A DNA stretch of 60,489 bases, taken from contig CAYFVL010000002.1 of assembly GCA_964346405.1 (NCBI GenBank), positions 1-60,489 on the forward strand. Direction: 5' to 3'. The notes under the pieces were generated by a model, which made no database searches, was not told the DNA's origin, and was given only the letters and a program-made list of their open reading frames with translations. The translations under genes and the position numbers were made by a program. This document shows, one piece after another, positions 26,546 to 35,439 of this stretch. The DNA comes from an uncultured Fibrobacterota bacterium. GTDB taxonomy: Bacteria; Fibrobacterota; Chitinivibrionia; Chitinivibrionales; CAYFVL01. Each line of letters starts with the position of its first letter. Within the stretch, counting starts at the first letter, position 1.

Positions 26546-27853
26546 ATGAAGATAGCATTTATTAACCCGAATTTCGCCCCGACTCGCTCTCGGGATGCCA
26601 TGCAACCGTTGGTGTTCGCGCTGCTCAAGGGCCTGACCCCCACCGCATATCATACCGTGTTGTACGATGAGCGGATAGAACCTGTTCCGGATCGCCCCAA
26701 TTTTGATCTGGCCGCCCTGTCGGTTCAGACCTTCACTGCACGAAGGGCATACGAGATCGCCGACCAACTTCGAGCAAAGCGCATTCCGGTTGTCCTGGGA
26801 GGAATACATCCAACATTGCTGCCGCACGAGGCCGCGGCACACGCGGACAGTGTCGTCGTCGGTGACGCCGAGGATACCTGGCCTCGTCTTCTGAAGGATC
26901 TTAATCATAACCGGCTGAGAAGCATCTATCGTTCAAGGTATACTCATGATCTTGGGGGACTGCAACCGGACCGTTCCATTTACAGTAGTAAGCGATACGG
27001 GCCGCTTGTACCCGTGTTCTTCAGGCGAGGATGTCGGTTTGCCTGCGATTTCTGTGCAGTCGGAGCGGTGTACGGCTCAACGGTACGACACCGCCCGGTG
27101 CGCGACGTTCTTCGAGAAATCCAACAACTGCCGTCGGGTATTCTCTTTTTTGTTGACGACAACCTTTTCAGCGACAAAGGATCGTCCCTGGATCTGTGCC
27201 GGGCTCTTCAGCCTCTCAGACGTCGCTGGATATGCCAAACCGGAATTGATTTGGCGAAAGACCGGGAGATGCTTGTAACGATGAGACGTAGCGGATGTCG
27301 TGCGGTCTTCGTAGGGTTTGAATCCATGAACCAGCGAACACTGAGGGCTATGAGCAAGCGGCAGAACGTCGGGGTGGACTATACCGAAGCGGTCGCCCGC
27401 TTTCGGGAAGCCGGAATAATGATCTGTGGTTCTTTTCTCTTCGGTCGAGGAGAGGAAACCGTTCGCGATATTGAATGGGCCGAAGCATTTGCACGAAAAA
27501 ACAAATTGTGTCTTTCCCATTTCAACCCTCTGTTTCCAACTCCGGGTACTCCGGTTTACGAACGAATTCACTCCGACGGTCGCCTGCTTTACGACCGCTG
27601 GTGGCTCCACGACGATTACCGAATAAATGAGCCGATTTTCGAACCGAAAGGTATGTCGGCAAAAGAACTTTGCGACGCCACGATTCTGGCCAGAAAGCGA
27701 TTCAACAAACTTGGTAGTATTCTACATCGACTCATCGATCCTAAAGCAAACAGTCGAAGTGCGATGAATGTCTTTCTGTATCTTATCGCCAATCTTGTGT
27801 CTCGCACCGAAATCCGTCGCAAAACCCACCGGCACTTAGGGAGCATCTCATGA
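26546..27853 (+). CDS. B12-binding-domain radical SAM protein, rSAM2
   Basis: Motifs: DLAALSVQTFTARRAYEIADQLRAKRIPVVLGGIH, GDAEDTWPRLLKDL, RRGCRFACDFCAV. The C-terminal block is YDRWWLHDDYRINEPIFEPKGMSAKEL. Confidence 0.85.
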   Translation: MKIAFINPNFAPTRSRDAMQPLVFALLKGLTPTAYHTVLYDERIEPVPDRPNFDLAALSVQTFTARRAYEIADQLRAKRIPVVLGGIHPTLLPHEAAAHADSVVVGDAEDTWPRLLKDLNHNRLRSIYRSRYTHDLGGLQPDRSIYSSKRYGPLVPVFFRRGCRFACDFCAVGAVYGSTVRHRPVRDVLREIQQLPSGILFFVDDNLFSDKGSSLDLCRALQPLRRRWICQTGIDLAKDREMLVTMRRSGCRAVFVGFESMNQRTLRAMSKRQNVGVDYTEAVARFREAGIMICGSFLFGRGEETVRDIEWAEAFARKNKLCLSHFNPLFPTPGTPVYERIHSDGRLLYDRWWLHDDYRINEPIFEPKGMSAKELCDATILARKRFNKLGSILHRLIDPKANSRSAMNVFLYLIANLVSRTEIRRKTHRHLGSIS

Positions 27854-29196
27854 GAGTAACGCTGATTAAACCGAACATGGGAACTCTGGCCCACGGCCCC
27901 TATAGAGACACCGGAAGAATGGAACCTCTAAATATCGGCGTGCTTGCCGCTATGGTTCCACCGGACGTAGAGGTTTCCTTTTACGACGATCGCTGCGAAC
28001 CGGTTGACTATCATGCTCCCACCGACCTGGTGGCCTTGACGGTCGAAACTTTCACGGCGAAGCGATCATACGAGATTGCCCGTGAATATCGGTCCCGCGG
28101 TATTCCGGTGGTTATGGGCGGTATGCACCCGACACTGATACCCGACGAAGTCCGTCGACATTGCGATAGTGTATACATCGGCGACGCCGAATGGGGATGG
28201 CTCACGGTGATAGAAGACGCGCGCAACCTTACACTGAAACCGCAATACAAGGCGAAACGCCGCAAAGTCGCCTCTCCACAAAGCACCGGCCCCGCACGGC
28301 GAGACCTTTTTGCGGGAAAGGGGTATCTCCCTGTTTCACTCCTGCAATTTTCCCGAGGATGTCCGCACTCATGTTCATTCTGCGCAACTGCGCGCTATTT
28401 TTCCTCGAGTCATTTCTGCCGCTCAACGGAATCGGTACTCGAAGAGGTATCACGGTGCGGTAAATTGCTTTTTTTCGTGGACGACAACTTCACTGCAGAC
28501 CGCCCGAGAGCACGCGCATTGTTGCAGAGGCTCAAACAATACAAAGTACACTGGGTGACCCAGGTGAGTATCGATGTAGCGGACGATTCGGCATTGCTCA
28601 AACTCATGCGGGAGAGCGGCTGTCTGGGGTTTGTCTGTGGCTTTGAGTCCATTGTCTACAGCAATCTGAAATTGATGAACAAACATACGAATACCCACAA
28701 CTTTTCGCACTACGAGGAGCAGATCACCGCGCTAAAAGACCATGGGTTCCAGATATGGGCGGCATTTACGATTGGCCATGATTTTGACACCGTGAGCAGT
28801 ATCGAGGATACTGTAGCGTGGGCGATCAAAAACAAATTCGCCTTTGCCGCCTTCAACATACTGCTCCCCTACCCCGGCACTCCCCTCTACAGGAGAATCG
28901 CCGAAGAAAACCGTCACCTGTACGATGGTGCGTGGTGGCTTCATGATGACTATCGGTTCAATCATGCAGCAATCAAGCCGAAACACATGACCGCGGACCG
29001 CCTCACGGAGACCTGTCAATCGGCTCGACAGAAGTTCAACAGTCCGTTATCCATCGCAAAACGCTTGCTTGACACACGGACCAATATGCGGAGCATTTTT
29101 CGTGTGGGGCTCTTTTTGAGATACAGTTTGTTGTTCAGAACCGAAGTTTACACAAAGCATGGCATGCATCTTGGGAACGGAAAGGATACACAATGA
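27850..29196 (+). CDS. B12-binding-domain radical SAM protein, rSAM3
   Basis: ATGA overlap with the rSAM2 stop. Motifs: DLVALTVETFTAKRSYEIAREYRSRGIPVVMGGMH, SRGCPHSCSFCAT, YDGAWWLHDDYRFNHAAIKPKHMTADRL. Confidence 0.85.
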   Translation: MRVTLIKPNMGTLAHGPYRDTGRMEPLNIGVLAAMVPPDVEVSFYDDRCEPVDYHAPTDLVALTVETFTAKRSYEIAREYRSRGIPVVMGGMHPTLIPDEVRRHCDSVYIGDAEWGWLTVIEDARNLTLKPQYKAKRRKVASPQSTGPARRDLFAGKGYLPVSLLQFSRGCPHSCSFCATARYFSSSHFCRSTESVLEEVSRCGKLLFFVDDNFTADRPRARALLQRLKQYKVHWVTQVSIDVADDSALLKLMRESGCLGFVCGFESIVYSNLKLMNKHTNTHNFSHYEEQITALKDHGFQIWAAFTIGHDFDTVSSIEDTVAWAIKNKFAFAAFNILLPYPGTPLYRRIAEENRHLYDGAWWLHDDYRFNHAAIKPKHMTADRLTETCQSARQKFNSPLSIAKRLLDTRTNMRSIFRVGLFLRYSLLFRTEVYTKHGMHLGNGKDTQ

Positions 29197-30587
29197 AAGT
29201 CACCTTCATTATGCCCTGTGTGGGGAGGAAACCTGACAGCAATGAGTACGTGAAAGGGTGGCTCATGGAGCCCCTGGCGGTTGCAATGCTTTCGGCGCTA
29301 ACGCCGGAACACATAACTCGTGAATTTTTCGACGATCGACTGGAGCCGATTGACTACGACACAGGCACCGATCTGGTTGCCGTTAACGTGGAGACATACA
29401 CTGCACGAAGGGCCTACCAGATAGCAGGCGAATACCGCCGTCGAGGGATCCCGGTAGTAATGGGCGGATTTCATGCGACGTTGTGTCCCCATGAAGTCGA
29501 GCAGTATGCCGAGAGCGTTGCCGTTGGATCCGCTGAAGATACCTGGCCGCGGATTCTGTCCGACTACGAAAACGGGAGGCTTGCACGACGGTATACCGGT
29601 GAAGACAACTCTTTTGCCGGCGTGTTGCCCGACCGCGCAATCTATGCCGACAAAAGATACACCGGAGTCACGCTGATTGAAACCGGGCGCGGATGTCGGT
29701 TTTCTTGCGAGTTCTGTTCCATTAGTCCATTTTTCAAGAAACAGTACTTTCCTCGCTCCGTCGACGAGGTAGTCACGGAAATCGAACAACGCAGATTCCG
29801 TTTTGTTTTCTTCATCGACGACAACATAATGGTAGATCGCGCCAGGACGGTCACGCTGCTGAAGGCTCTGATTCCTCTCAAAGTACAGTGGATTGGCCAG
29901 GTCAGCCTGAATCTGGCACGAGACCCGGAAATGATGTCACTAATGAAACAGAGTGGATGCGCCGGTGTACTGATAGGGTTTGAATCGCTCAATCGGGACA
30001 ATCTGACCGCAATGGGTAAACAAATCAACTATTCAATGGGAGACTACGACTCGGCGGCCGCGACCCTACGAAAAGCGGGACTGGGGGTATACGCAACATT
30101 CGTGTTCGGATATGACGGCGACACGGTTGACGCTTTCAGACGAACACTTGCATTTGCCAAAAGAAGCAAGTTTTTCTTCGCCGCATTCAACCATCTGGTC
30201 CCCTTTCCCGGGACTCCATTGTATCAACGTCTGCTTTTGAACGGCTCGCTCAGGGATGAGAAGTGGTGGCTGTCGGGGGAGCGCACCTTTGGGGAAGTGG
30301 TATTCGAGCCCGGGCAATTATCTCCCGACGCTCTCGCTGAAACATGCCTTACCTATCGGAGGAAATTTTATAGTCCTCTCTCGGTTCTCTATCGTTCCTC
30401 CAATTTTCAATCAAATTGTTCCTCATTGGCAAAAACACTCATTTACTTTAGTCAAAGCGTTATCGGCCGAAAAGATGTGCTTCGCCGCCAGGGACTTCCT
30501 TTTGGACTCCCGGGGGTTCACGTTGAGAAGCGAGTCGCGAAGCCGAAATCAGTCGATGCCGAAGGACAGGAGCGTATCTGCTCATGA
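29193..30587 (+). CDS. B12-binding-domain radical SAM protein, rSAM4
   Basis: ATGA overlap with the rSAM3 stop. Motifs: DLVAVNVETYTARRAYQIAGEYRRRGIPVVMGGFH, GRGCRFSCEFCSI. Confidence 0.85.
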   Translation: MKVTFIMPCVGRKPDSNEYVKGWLMEPLAVAMLSALTPEHITREFFDDRLEPIDYDTGTDLVAVNVETYTARRAYQIAGEYRRRGIPVVMGGFHATLCPHEVEQYAESVAVGSAEDTWPRILSDYENGRLARRYTGEDNSFAGVLPDRAIYADKRYTGVTLIETGRGCRFSCEFCSISPFFKKQYFPRSVDEVVTEIEQRRFRFVFFIDDNIMVDRARTVTLLKALIPLKVQWIGQVSLNLARDPEMMSLMKQSGCAGVLIGFESLNRDNLTAMGKQINYSMGDYDSAAATLRKAGLGVYATFVFGYDGDTVDAFRRTLAFAKRSKFFFAAFNHLVPFPGTPLYQRLLLNGSLRDEKWWLSGERTFGEVVFEPGQLSPDALAETCLTYRRKFYSPLSVLYRSSNFQSNCSSLAKTLIYFSQSVIGRKDVLRRQGLPFGLPGVHVEKRVAKPKSVDAEGQERICS

Positions 30588-31675
30588 GGCCAATCCTGGT
30601 AATCGATAATTCCAGCGACGCCGCTTTGAATCAACTTCTTCGCGACACGCCGATGCCGGGTGTCGTTGAGCTTGCCTACTGCAGGCATCCCTCGGTTGTC
30701 GAATCGCTTGCTCTCGATGGAGACCGCCACGATCTCTTCGTGTATAAGGATGATAAGCGTATTATCGGCATGGGAGTTCGGAGCATTCGGAGTATGTATT
30801 TGGATGGAATACCTCGAGAAATTGCCTATCTTTCAGGTTTGCGGATTCGGAAGGAGTATCGCAATGGATTACTCCTTGCCCGGGGATACCGTTTTCTGCG
30901 CAAACTCGCGACCGACAATCCAAGCTCTCTGCACCTCACCACTATAGTCGAAGACAATCATCATGCCCGCGGAATTCTTACCGGCGGCAGAGCCGGTATG
31001 CCCACATACAACGACCTCGGACGAATAGTCACCTCTGCTATTCCACTGAGAAAACGATCGATTTTTTCGCCGGTTTCGCCGGTGAGTGTTCACCGGGGTA
31101 GAAAAGATGAACTCCTGGAATACTGCCGGTTTTTGCGTACTGAAGGGGCCAAACGACAGTTTTTCCCTTGTATCGATCAATCGATGTTCGGTACGGCTCG
31201 ACTACGGGGATTATCGGCAGACGATTTCGTGATTGCACGGAGGGACGGCTACATAATGGGTCTTGCCGCTGTCTGGGATCAGCGCAGCAGCAAGCAGCAC
31301 CTCATCACGGGATACTCGCCGCTTTTATCCGGCCTCCGTCCCATCCTCAACATCCCGGCGTCGGCCGCCGGGTTTCGTCCTCTGCCGTCGCCCGGGAATC
31401 ACCTGCCGACAGCTCACCTGGCATTCTGTTGCGTTCGCGACCATAGTCACCGGACTCTTCGACGGCTTATCTCTTCGGCGTGCAATCTGGCATTCTCCAA
31501 AGGATGTGCATTTCTTGTCTTTTCGCAACATGAGAAAGATCCGCTTCTCGGCATGCCGAGAATGATACCGAAAATGAATTACTACAGCCGTTTGTATTCA
31601 GTCTCGTGGAATTCTGTCCCGGAGACAACATTTAACGCTTCCAGAATTCCACACATCGAATCATCAATGCTTTAA
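30584..31675 (+). CDS. Conserved hypothetical protein, probably a two-lobed GNAT-like acyltransferase
   Basis: 363-aa ORF with an ATGA overlap with the rSAM4 stop. The segment LSGLRIRKEYRNGLLLARGYRFLRKL resembles GNAT motif A (R/Q-x-x-G-x-G/A). There is no signal peptide. The fold assignment is tentative. Confidence 0.45.
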   Translation: MRPILVIDNSSDAALNQLLRDTPMPGVVELAYCRHPSVVESLALDGDRHDLFVYKDDKRIIGMGVRSIRSMYLDGIPREIAYLSGLRIRKEYRNGLLLARGYRFLRKLATDNPSSLHLTTIVEDNHHARGILTGGRAGMPTYNDLGRIVTSAIPLRKRSIFSPVSPVSVHRGRKDELLEYCRFLRTEGAKRQFFPCIDQSMFGTARLRGLSADDFVIARRDGYIMGLAAVWDQRSSKQHLITGYSPLLSGLRPILNIPASAAGFRPLPSPGNHLPTAHLAFCCVRDHSHRTLRRLISSACNLAFSKGCAFLVFSQHEKDPLLGMPRMIPKMNYYSRLYSVSWNSVPETTFNASRIPHIESSML

Positions 31676-31687
31676 AGGAGTAAAATT

Positions 31688-32488
31688 ATGCCGCTAACCG
31701 CCACAATTACCGGTACGAAACAGATCAGCATGGACACACGTCGTGAGATGTTTGATCTTCAGCGAACCCATTTCGACAACGTCCGCGAAGGCGCCTTTAT
31801 GCGTGATCTTTTCGAGAAAGACTACGTAATACTCCTGCATGACGAATCCGGCGGTCTGCACGGTTTCAGCACCATACAGCTCATATACCATGCTATGGGA
31901 GACCGCCAAACAATTTTCCTGTTCAGCGGAGACACGATTGTTGACCCCAGGTTCTGGCAAAGCGGCGGGATCGCCGGGGCATTCGGCCGATTCGTTCTCC
32001 GTCTACTCGAACAGGAGAACAACGCTGACCTCTACTGGTTTCTCATATCGAAAGGCTACCGGACGTACCGGTTCCTTCCGACATTCTTCCATGAGTTTTA
32101 CCCGGTATGGAACCGGGAGACTCCGGCTTTTTACCGAGGACTGCTCGATTTCGCAGGGCGATACAAATTCAACGAAAACTACTGCTCATCAGATGGGTTA
32201 GTGAAGTTCGACGACGCCAGGGACCGACTGTGTGCACCGCTGGCGACCGTGCCCGAAAGATGCCTCCAGGATCCTCATGTTAATTTTTTCCTTAAAAGTA
32301 ACCCCGGGTATGCACGCGGGGATGAACTCACCTGCATAGCCCCGCTTACCGGAGAAAATTTCAGCGCCCCGGCTCGTCGCGTAATCCGCACTGCCCGTGT
32401 AATATGGGAAACTCCTTTACAGGGTCGACGTGGTGTCGGATGTTCCGACAACCGTAATGATCTGAATGCGACACCGGTCACGACCTGA
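31688..32488 (+). CDS. Conserved hypothetical protein (possible acyl-CoA N-acyltransferase-like fold)
   Basis: 266-aa ORF with ATG 8 nt after AAAGGAG. It has no signal peptide and no motif I can assign securely. Confidence 0.4.
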   Translation: MPLTATITGTKQISMDTRREMFDLQRTHFDNVREGAFMRDLFEKDYVILLHDESGGLHGFSTIQLIYHAMGDRQTIFLFSGDTIVDPRFWQSGGIAGAFGRFVLRLLEQENNADLYWFLISKGYRTYRFLPTFFHEFYPVWNRETPAFYRGLLDFAGRYKFNENYCSSDGLVKFDDARDRLCAPLATVPERCLQDPHVNFFLKSNPGYARGDELTCIAPLTGENFSAPARRVIRTARVIWETPLQGRRGVGCSDNRNDLNATPVTT

Positions 32489-32498
32489 GGGTAGCAGA

Positions 32499-34280
32499 AT
32501 GAAGTCTATGCAGCTTTTCACCGTCAATCTGTTCTGGTTCATTTCCTGCATTCCGGGTTTGCTTTCGTATGTTGTAGCTTCCTTTTTTCCACATTTCATT
32601 CAAAATAGGCTTTCCAAAAGTACATACGACGAAAACCGTTCATCGTGCTATCTCAACCATTTTGGAGTGCCGCCGCCGATTACAGACTATTCCGAGCTGG
32701 AACCGTATATAGAACGTATCATGAATGGCGATGAAAACGTCCTGACCGCCGAAAAAGTCAGACTACTGGAGCCTACCTCGGGCTCAAGTGGAGGATCGAA
32801 ATATGTCCCCTACACGGCCGAACTTCAGAAACGGTTTCAGGCCGCGATTTCTCCCTGGATCGGGGCTCTTTTCATTCAATATCCCCGGCTCTTCTTTCGC
32901 AGCCAGTATTGGTCCATTTCTCCTAATACCGCTAACGAACGTGTGGACAGTACGGTCCCGATCGGATTTGATTCCGACGCCGAATACCTTACCGCCGCAC
33001 AGCGTGCCGTGGCTGAAACGCTCATGGCGGTTCCCGGCGAAGTTCGCCATCTGCATGATGCCGAAACTTTCGAGTTTGTCACCCTGACATTTCTGCTGAA
33101 AGCGCGCCGTCTTGGGTTACTCTCAATCTGGCACCCGAGTTTTCTCACCATTATGCTGGACAAGCTCGATGATCTCTACCCGTCACTGCTGGAAACCTTA
33201 CGGACAGGAAGCTTCCCCGGAGAGCTGCACATTTCCGACGATATACGGTCAAAGCTCGAAAGACGCCTTGGGAGGAACGACCGTCGGGCGAAACATCTGT
33301 CGATGATCGACACATCCCTTTCAGGCTATGGATCTCGCATCTGGCCCGGTCTCACCGTGGTTAGCTGCTGGACAGGCGGAACCTCTGCTCATGCAGTTCG
33401 TCGCATTCGCACGATTTTCCCCCGTGCCGTCATCCAATCCAAAGGACTGATCGCCACCGAGGGTATCGTTTCATTCCCCATTTTCGGTCGACAATCCGCT
33501 GCCGTGCTATCTCATGTAATGGAATTTGTCGATCAATCCGATGATACGATCATACCGCTTTGGAAAGTCAAACGGGGGAAGAGGTACTCGGTGATTCTTA
33601 CCAACGGCGGTGGACTGTACCGATACCGCCTTCGAGATATTGTGGAGATCGAAAAAGGGTTCGGCCGAACCCCGGGAATTCGTTTCATTGCCAAGGAGTC
33701 GTCCTTTTGCGACCTCGTCGGGGAGAAGCTTTCGGAAGAATTCGTATCCGGTATACTCAGTGAAGCCGTACCGCACACCGGCGTCAATCCGAATTTTATC
33801 GTTATTGCCCCGCTGCGTTACCCTATTTTGAAGCAGCCTGGACCGCATGACCAGTCATTCCCCTTCAAAAACGGCTTGGATCATCAGACTTCAGAGAATT
33901 CCGAAAGCTCCCGTAATGGAAACCCAGAGAACTCCCCGACCCCGGGGTCATCCGATTCCGAATCGGCCGGATTCGGTTACGTACTTTTTGTAGAAGGGTC
34001 GTCGGAAATTCAAATGCCGCACATTCGAACGCTTGCGACGTATATCGAAAAAGCGTTTTGTGGGCGCTCGTACCACTATCGTCATGCACGAAACCACAAC
34101 CAGCTCCAAGGCTTATGCCCGGTACATCTCCCGCCGGGCGCGCAGGAGTCCTACATTGCAGCCCTGGTCGATCTCGGGATGAAACGGGGAGATATTAAAC
34201 TTACCGCCTTGTGTTCGCGATACGATACGGCCGAGGTCCTGTTTTCATTATCTCGTGACGCCCGGCCCGGCTTGCAGTAG
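32499..34280 (+). CDS. GH3-family (auxin-responsive-promoter-type) adenylating acyl-acid amido synthetase homolog
   Basis: The GH3 signatures are LEPTSGSSGGSKYVPYT (P-loop-like TSG..G..K.IP) and GGLYRYRLRDIVEI (YRxGD-type). ATG 32499 lies 10 nt after the upstream stop, with GAGG as RBS, although the ORF is open from 32466. The N-terminus is hydrophobic. Confidence 0.8.
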   Translation: MKSMQLFTVNLFWFISCIPGLLSYVVASFFPHFIQNRLSKSTYDENRSSCYLNHFGVPPPITDYSELEPYIERIMNGDENVLTAEKVRLLEPTSGSSGGSKYVPYTAELQKRFQAAISPWIGALFIQYPRLFFRSQYWSISPNTANERVDSTVPIGFDSDAEYLTAAQRAVAETLMAVPGEVRHLHDAETFEFVTLTFLLKARRLGLLSIWHPSFLTIMLDKLDDLYPSLLETLRTGSFPGELHISDDIRSKLERRLGRNDRRAKHLSMIDTSLSGYGSRIWPGLTVVSCWTGGTSAHAVRRIRTIFPRAVIQSKGLIATEGIVSFPIFGRQSAAVLSHVMEFVDQSDDTIIPLWKVKRGKRYSVILTNGGGLYRYRLRDIVEIEKGFGRTPGIRFIAKESSFCDLVGEKLSEEFVSGILSEAVPHTGVNPNFIVIAPLRYPILKQPGPHDQSFPFKNGLDHQTSENSESSRNGNPENSPTPGSSDSESAGFGYVLFVEGSSEIQMPHIRTLATYIEKAFCGRSYHYRHARNHNQLQGLCPVHLPPGAQESYIAALVDLGMKRGDIKLTALCSRYDTAEVLFSLSRDARPGLQ

Positions 34281-34282
34281 TT

Positions 34283-34402
34283 AGTGCTTGTCCGAAAAGT
34301 CCCTAAAACGGACGCTGAGCCTGTCGAAGCGCCCGTTTTAGGCTGAAATCGCCGGTTTGCTTCATCAATCCGAGCGAAAACAGGACTTTTCGGACGGACA
34401 CT
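34283..34402. mobile_element. MITE family 2, 120-bp variant; right bracket of the radical SAM cassette
   Basis: Identical to 24838-24957. The 4-bp flanking duplication is AGTT (34279-34282 and 34403-34406). The left duplicate overlaps the GH3 stop codon TAG (34278-34280). Confidence 0.9.
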
Positions 34403-34665
34403 AGTTACATTCCCAGGAAAACGACGGAACGTACGAAGGATCCATTCGTATATCCTACCCGCCACACATTACGCCCCCGACTTGCGTCCCAAAGACTGCC
34501 GTTTTTCACGATTTTCTTGATGTTTGGTCTCTCAATCAGGAGCGGTCTCAACACTTGGTCGTGTCGGATGTGGGTCAATTCCGCTCGTAGAAGACGCTAT
34601 TTGAGCCCGTGAGCCATAGCTCCCGCATAGCCACTTCCCTTCTGTGGAAACCTCATGCACACTGT

Positions 34666-34890
34666 CTATCGAAGAAATTCGCGTCGTAGGTCAGTTCTTC
34701 GTCTGGAGCCATGGCTTTGGGGTCTGGTGGGCCCATGGGATGCACTCAGCCTGTCGGAGTCTTGTGAAGGCTCTCGCCGGAGTTCGCGGTGGCGCAGTAT
34801 TCGCTCGACCACATCGGGCTGTTGATGGTGGTCGATGAATCCCACAATTTTCATTGTTCCGCCACAGTCGGGGCACTTCAGTGGGCCCAC
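34666..34890 (-). pseudogene. Remnant of the 3' end of an IS91-family-like transposase gene
   Basis: LKCPDCGGTMKIVGFIDHHQQPDVVERILRH resembles the C-terminal C-P-x-C-G-G-x-M-x-I-I-A-x-I-x-D-x-x-V-I-x-K-I-L-x-H block of IS91-type transposases. No intact catalytic domain lies upstream, and the downstream part looks frame-shifted. Confidence 0.5.
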
Positions 34891-35439
34891 CTCAGATACC
34901 CTGAAAGCCGAATCTCAAAAAGGCAAGAACAGTGTCATAGTATATAAGGAACTTCGGCGTATTTGACCTGATTTCTACACAGAGGTCATACCCGATCTCG
35001 ATGAGTCGGGTCGCGTGAACATAAAGGACAAGATCGCCGATAACAAGAGGAAGTTCACGTGGGTCCCTGAACTCTGCCCCCACAAGCCAAAGCAAATACC
35101 CCTGGCCCCACGCGCCTGCCCGGATAAAGCAACGCCCAAGCCTTGCCGGGTGGGGCGCGAAACCGACAGATAATCTACGGTTCGAAGCAGACCGAAGTGG
35201 GGTCGACCATTTGGGCCATGCCCACCGTCGCGGTCCCCCCAGCGTCTGAATCACAAATATCCTTGGAAAAAACTTGTTTATTCTGAAAATCAAGGATTAC
35301 TTTAATTGCATTGTGCGCCGTTGTGCCACCCCCTGGTTTGATGGAATTTAAAGAAATCCTTCGGGGGAAGTCCTTGGTCGCTATTGCACGACTATCTTGT
35401 GCAACCGGTATGAATCTCTTGCAGCAGGAGGAGGGGAAT

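Noticed and set aside
24834-34406. Interpreting the rSAM/GH3 cassette as a composite transposon mobilised by its two identical flanking MITEs.
   Set aside because: Each MITE copy has its own matching 4-bp duplication (ATAT around the left copy, AGTT around the right copy). The outer flanks of the pair (ATAT and AGTT) do not match. This fits two independent insertions rather than movement of the whole unit. The identical direct repeats could still mediate deletion, and the IS91-like remnant remains a separate route for acquisition.
34892-35293. A 133-aa minus-strand ORF directly upstream of the IS91-like remnant, considered as the missing transposase body.
   Set aside because: It has no HUH or catalytic-tyrosine-type motifs and looks low-complexity and Arg/Trp-rich at the N-terminus. 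It is treated as unannotated, possibly decayed, sequence.
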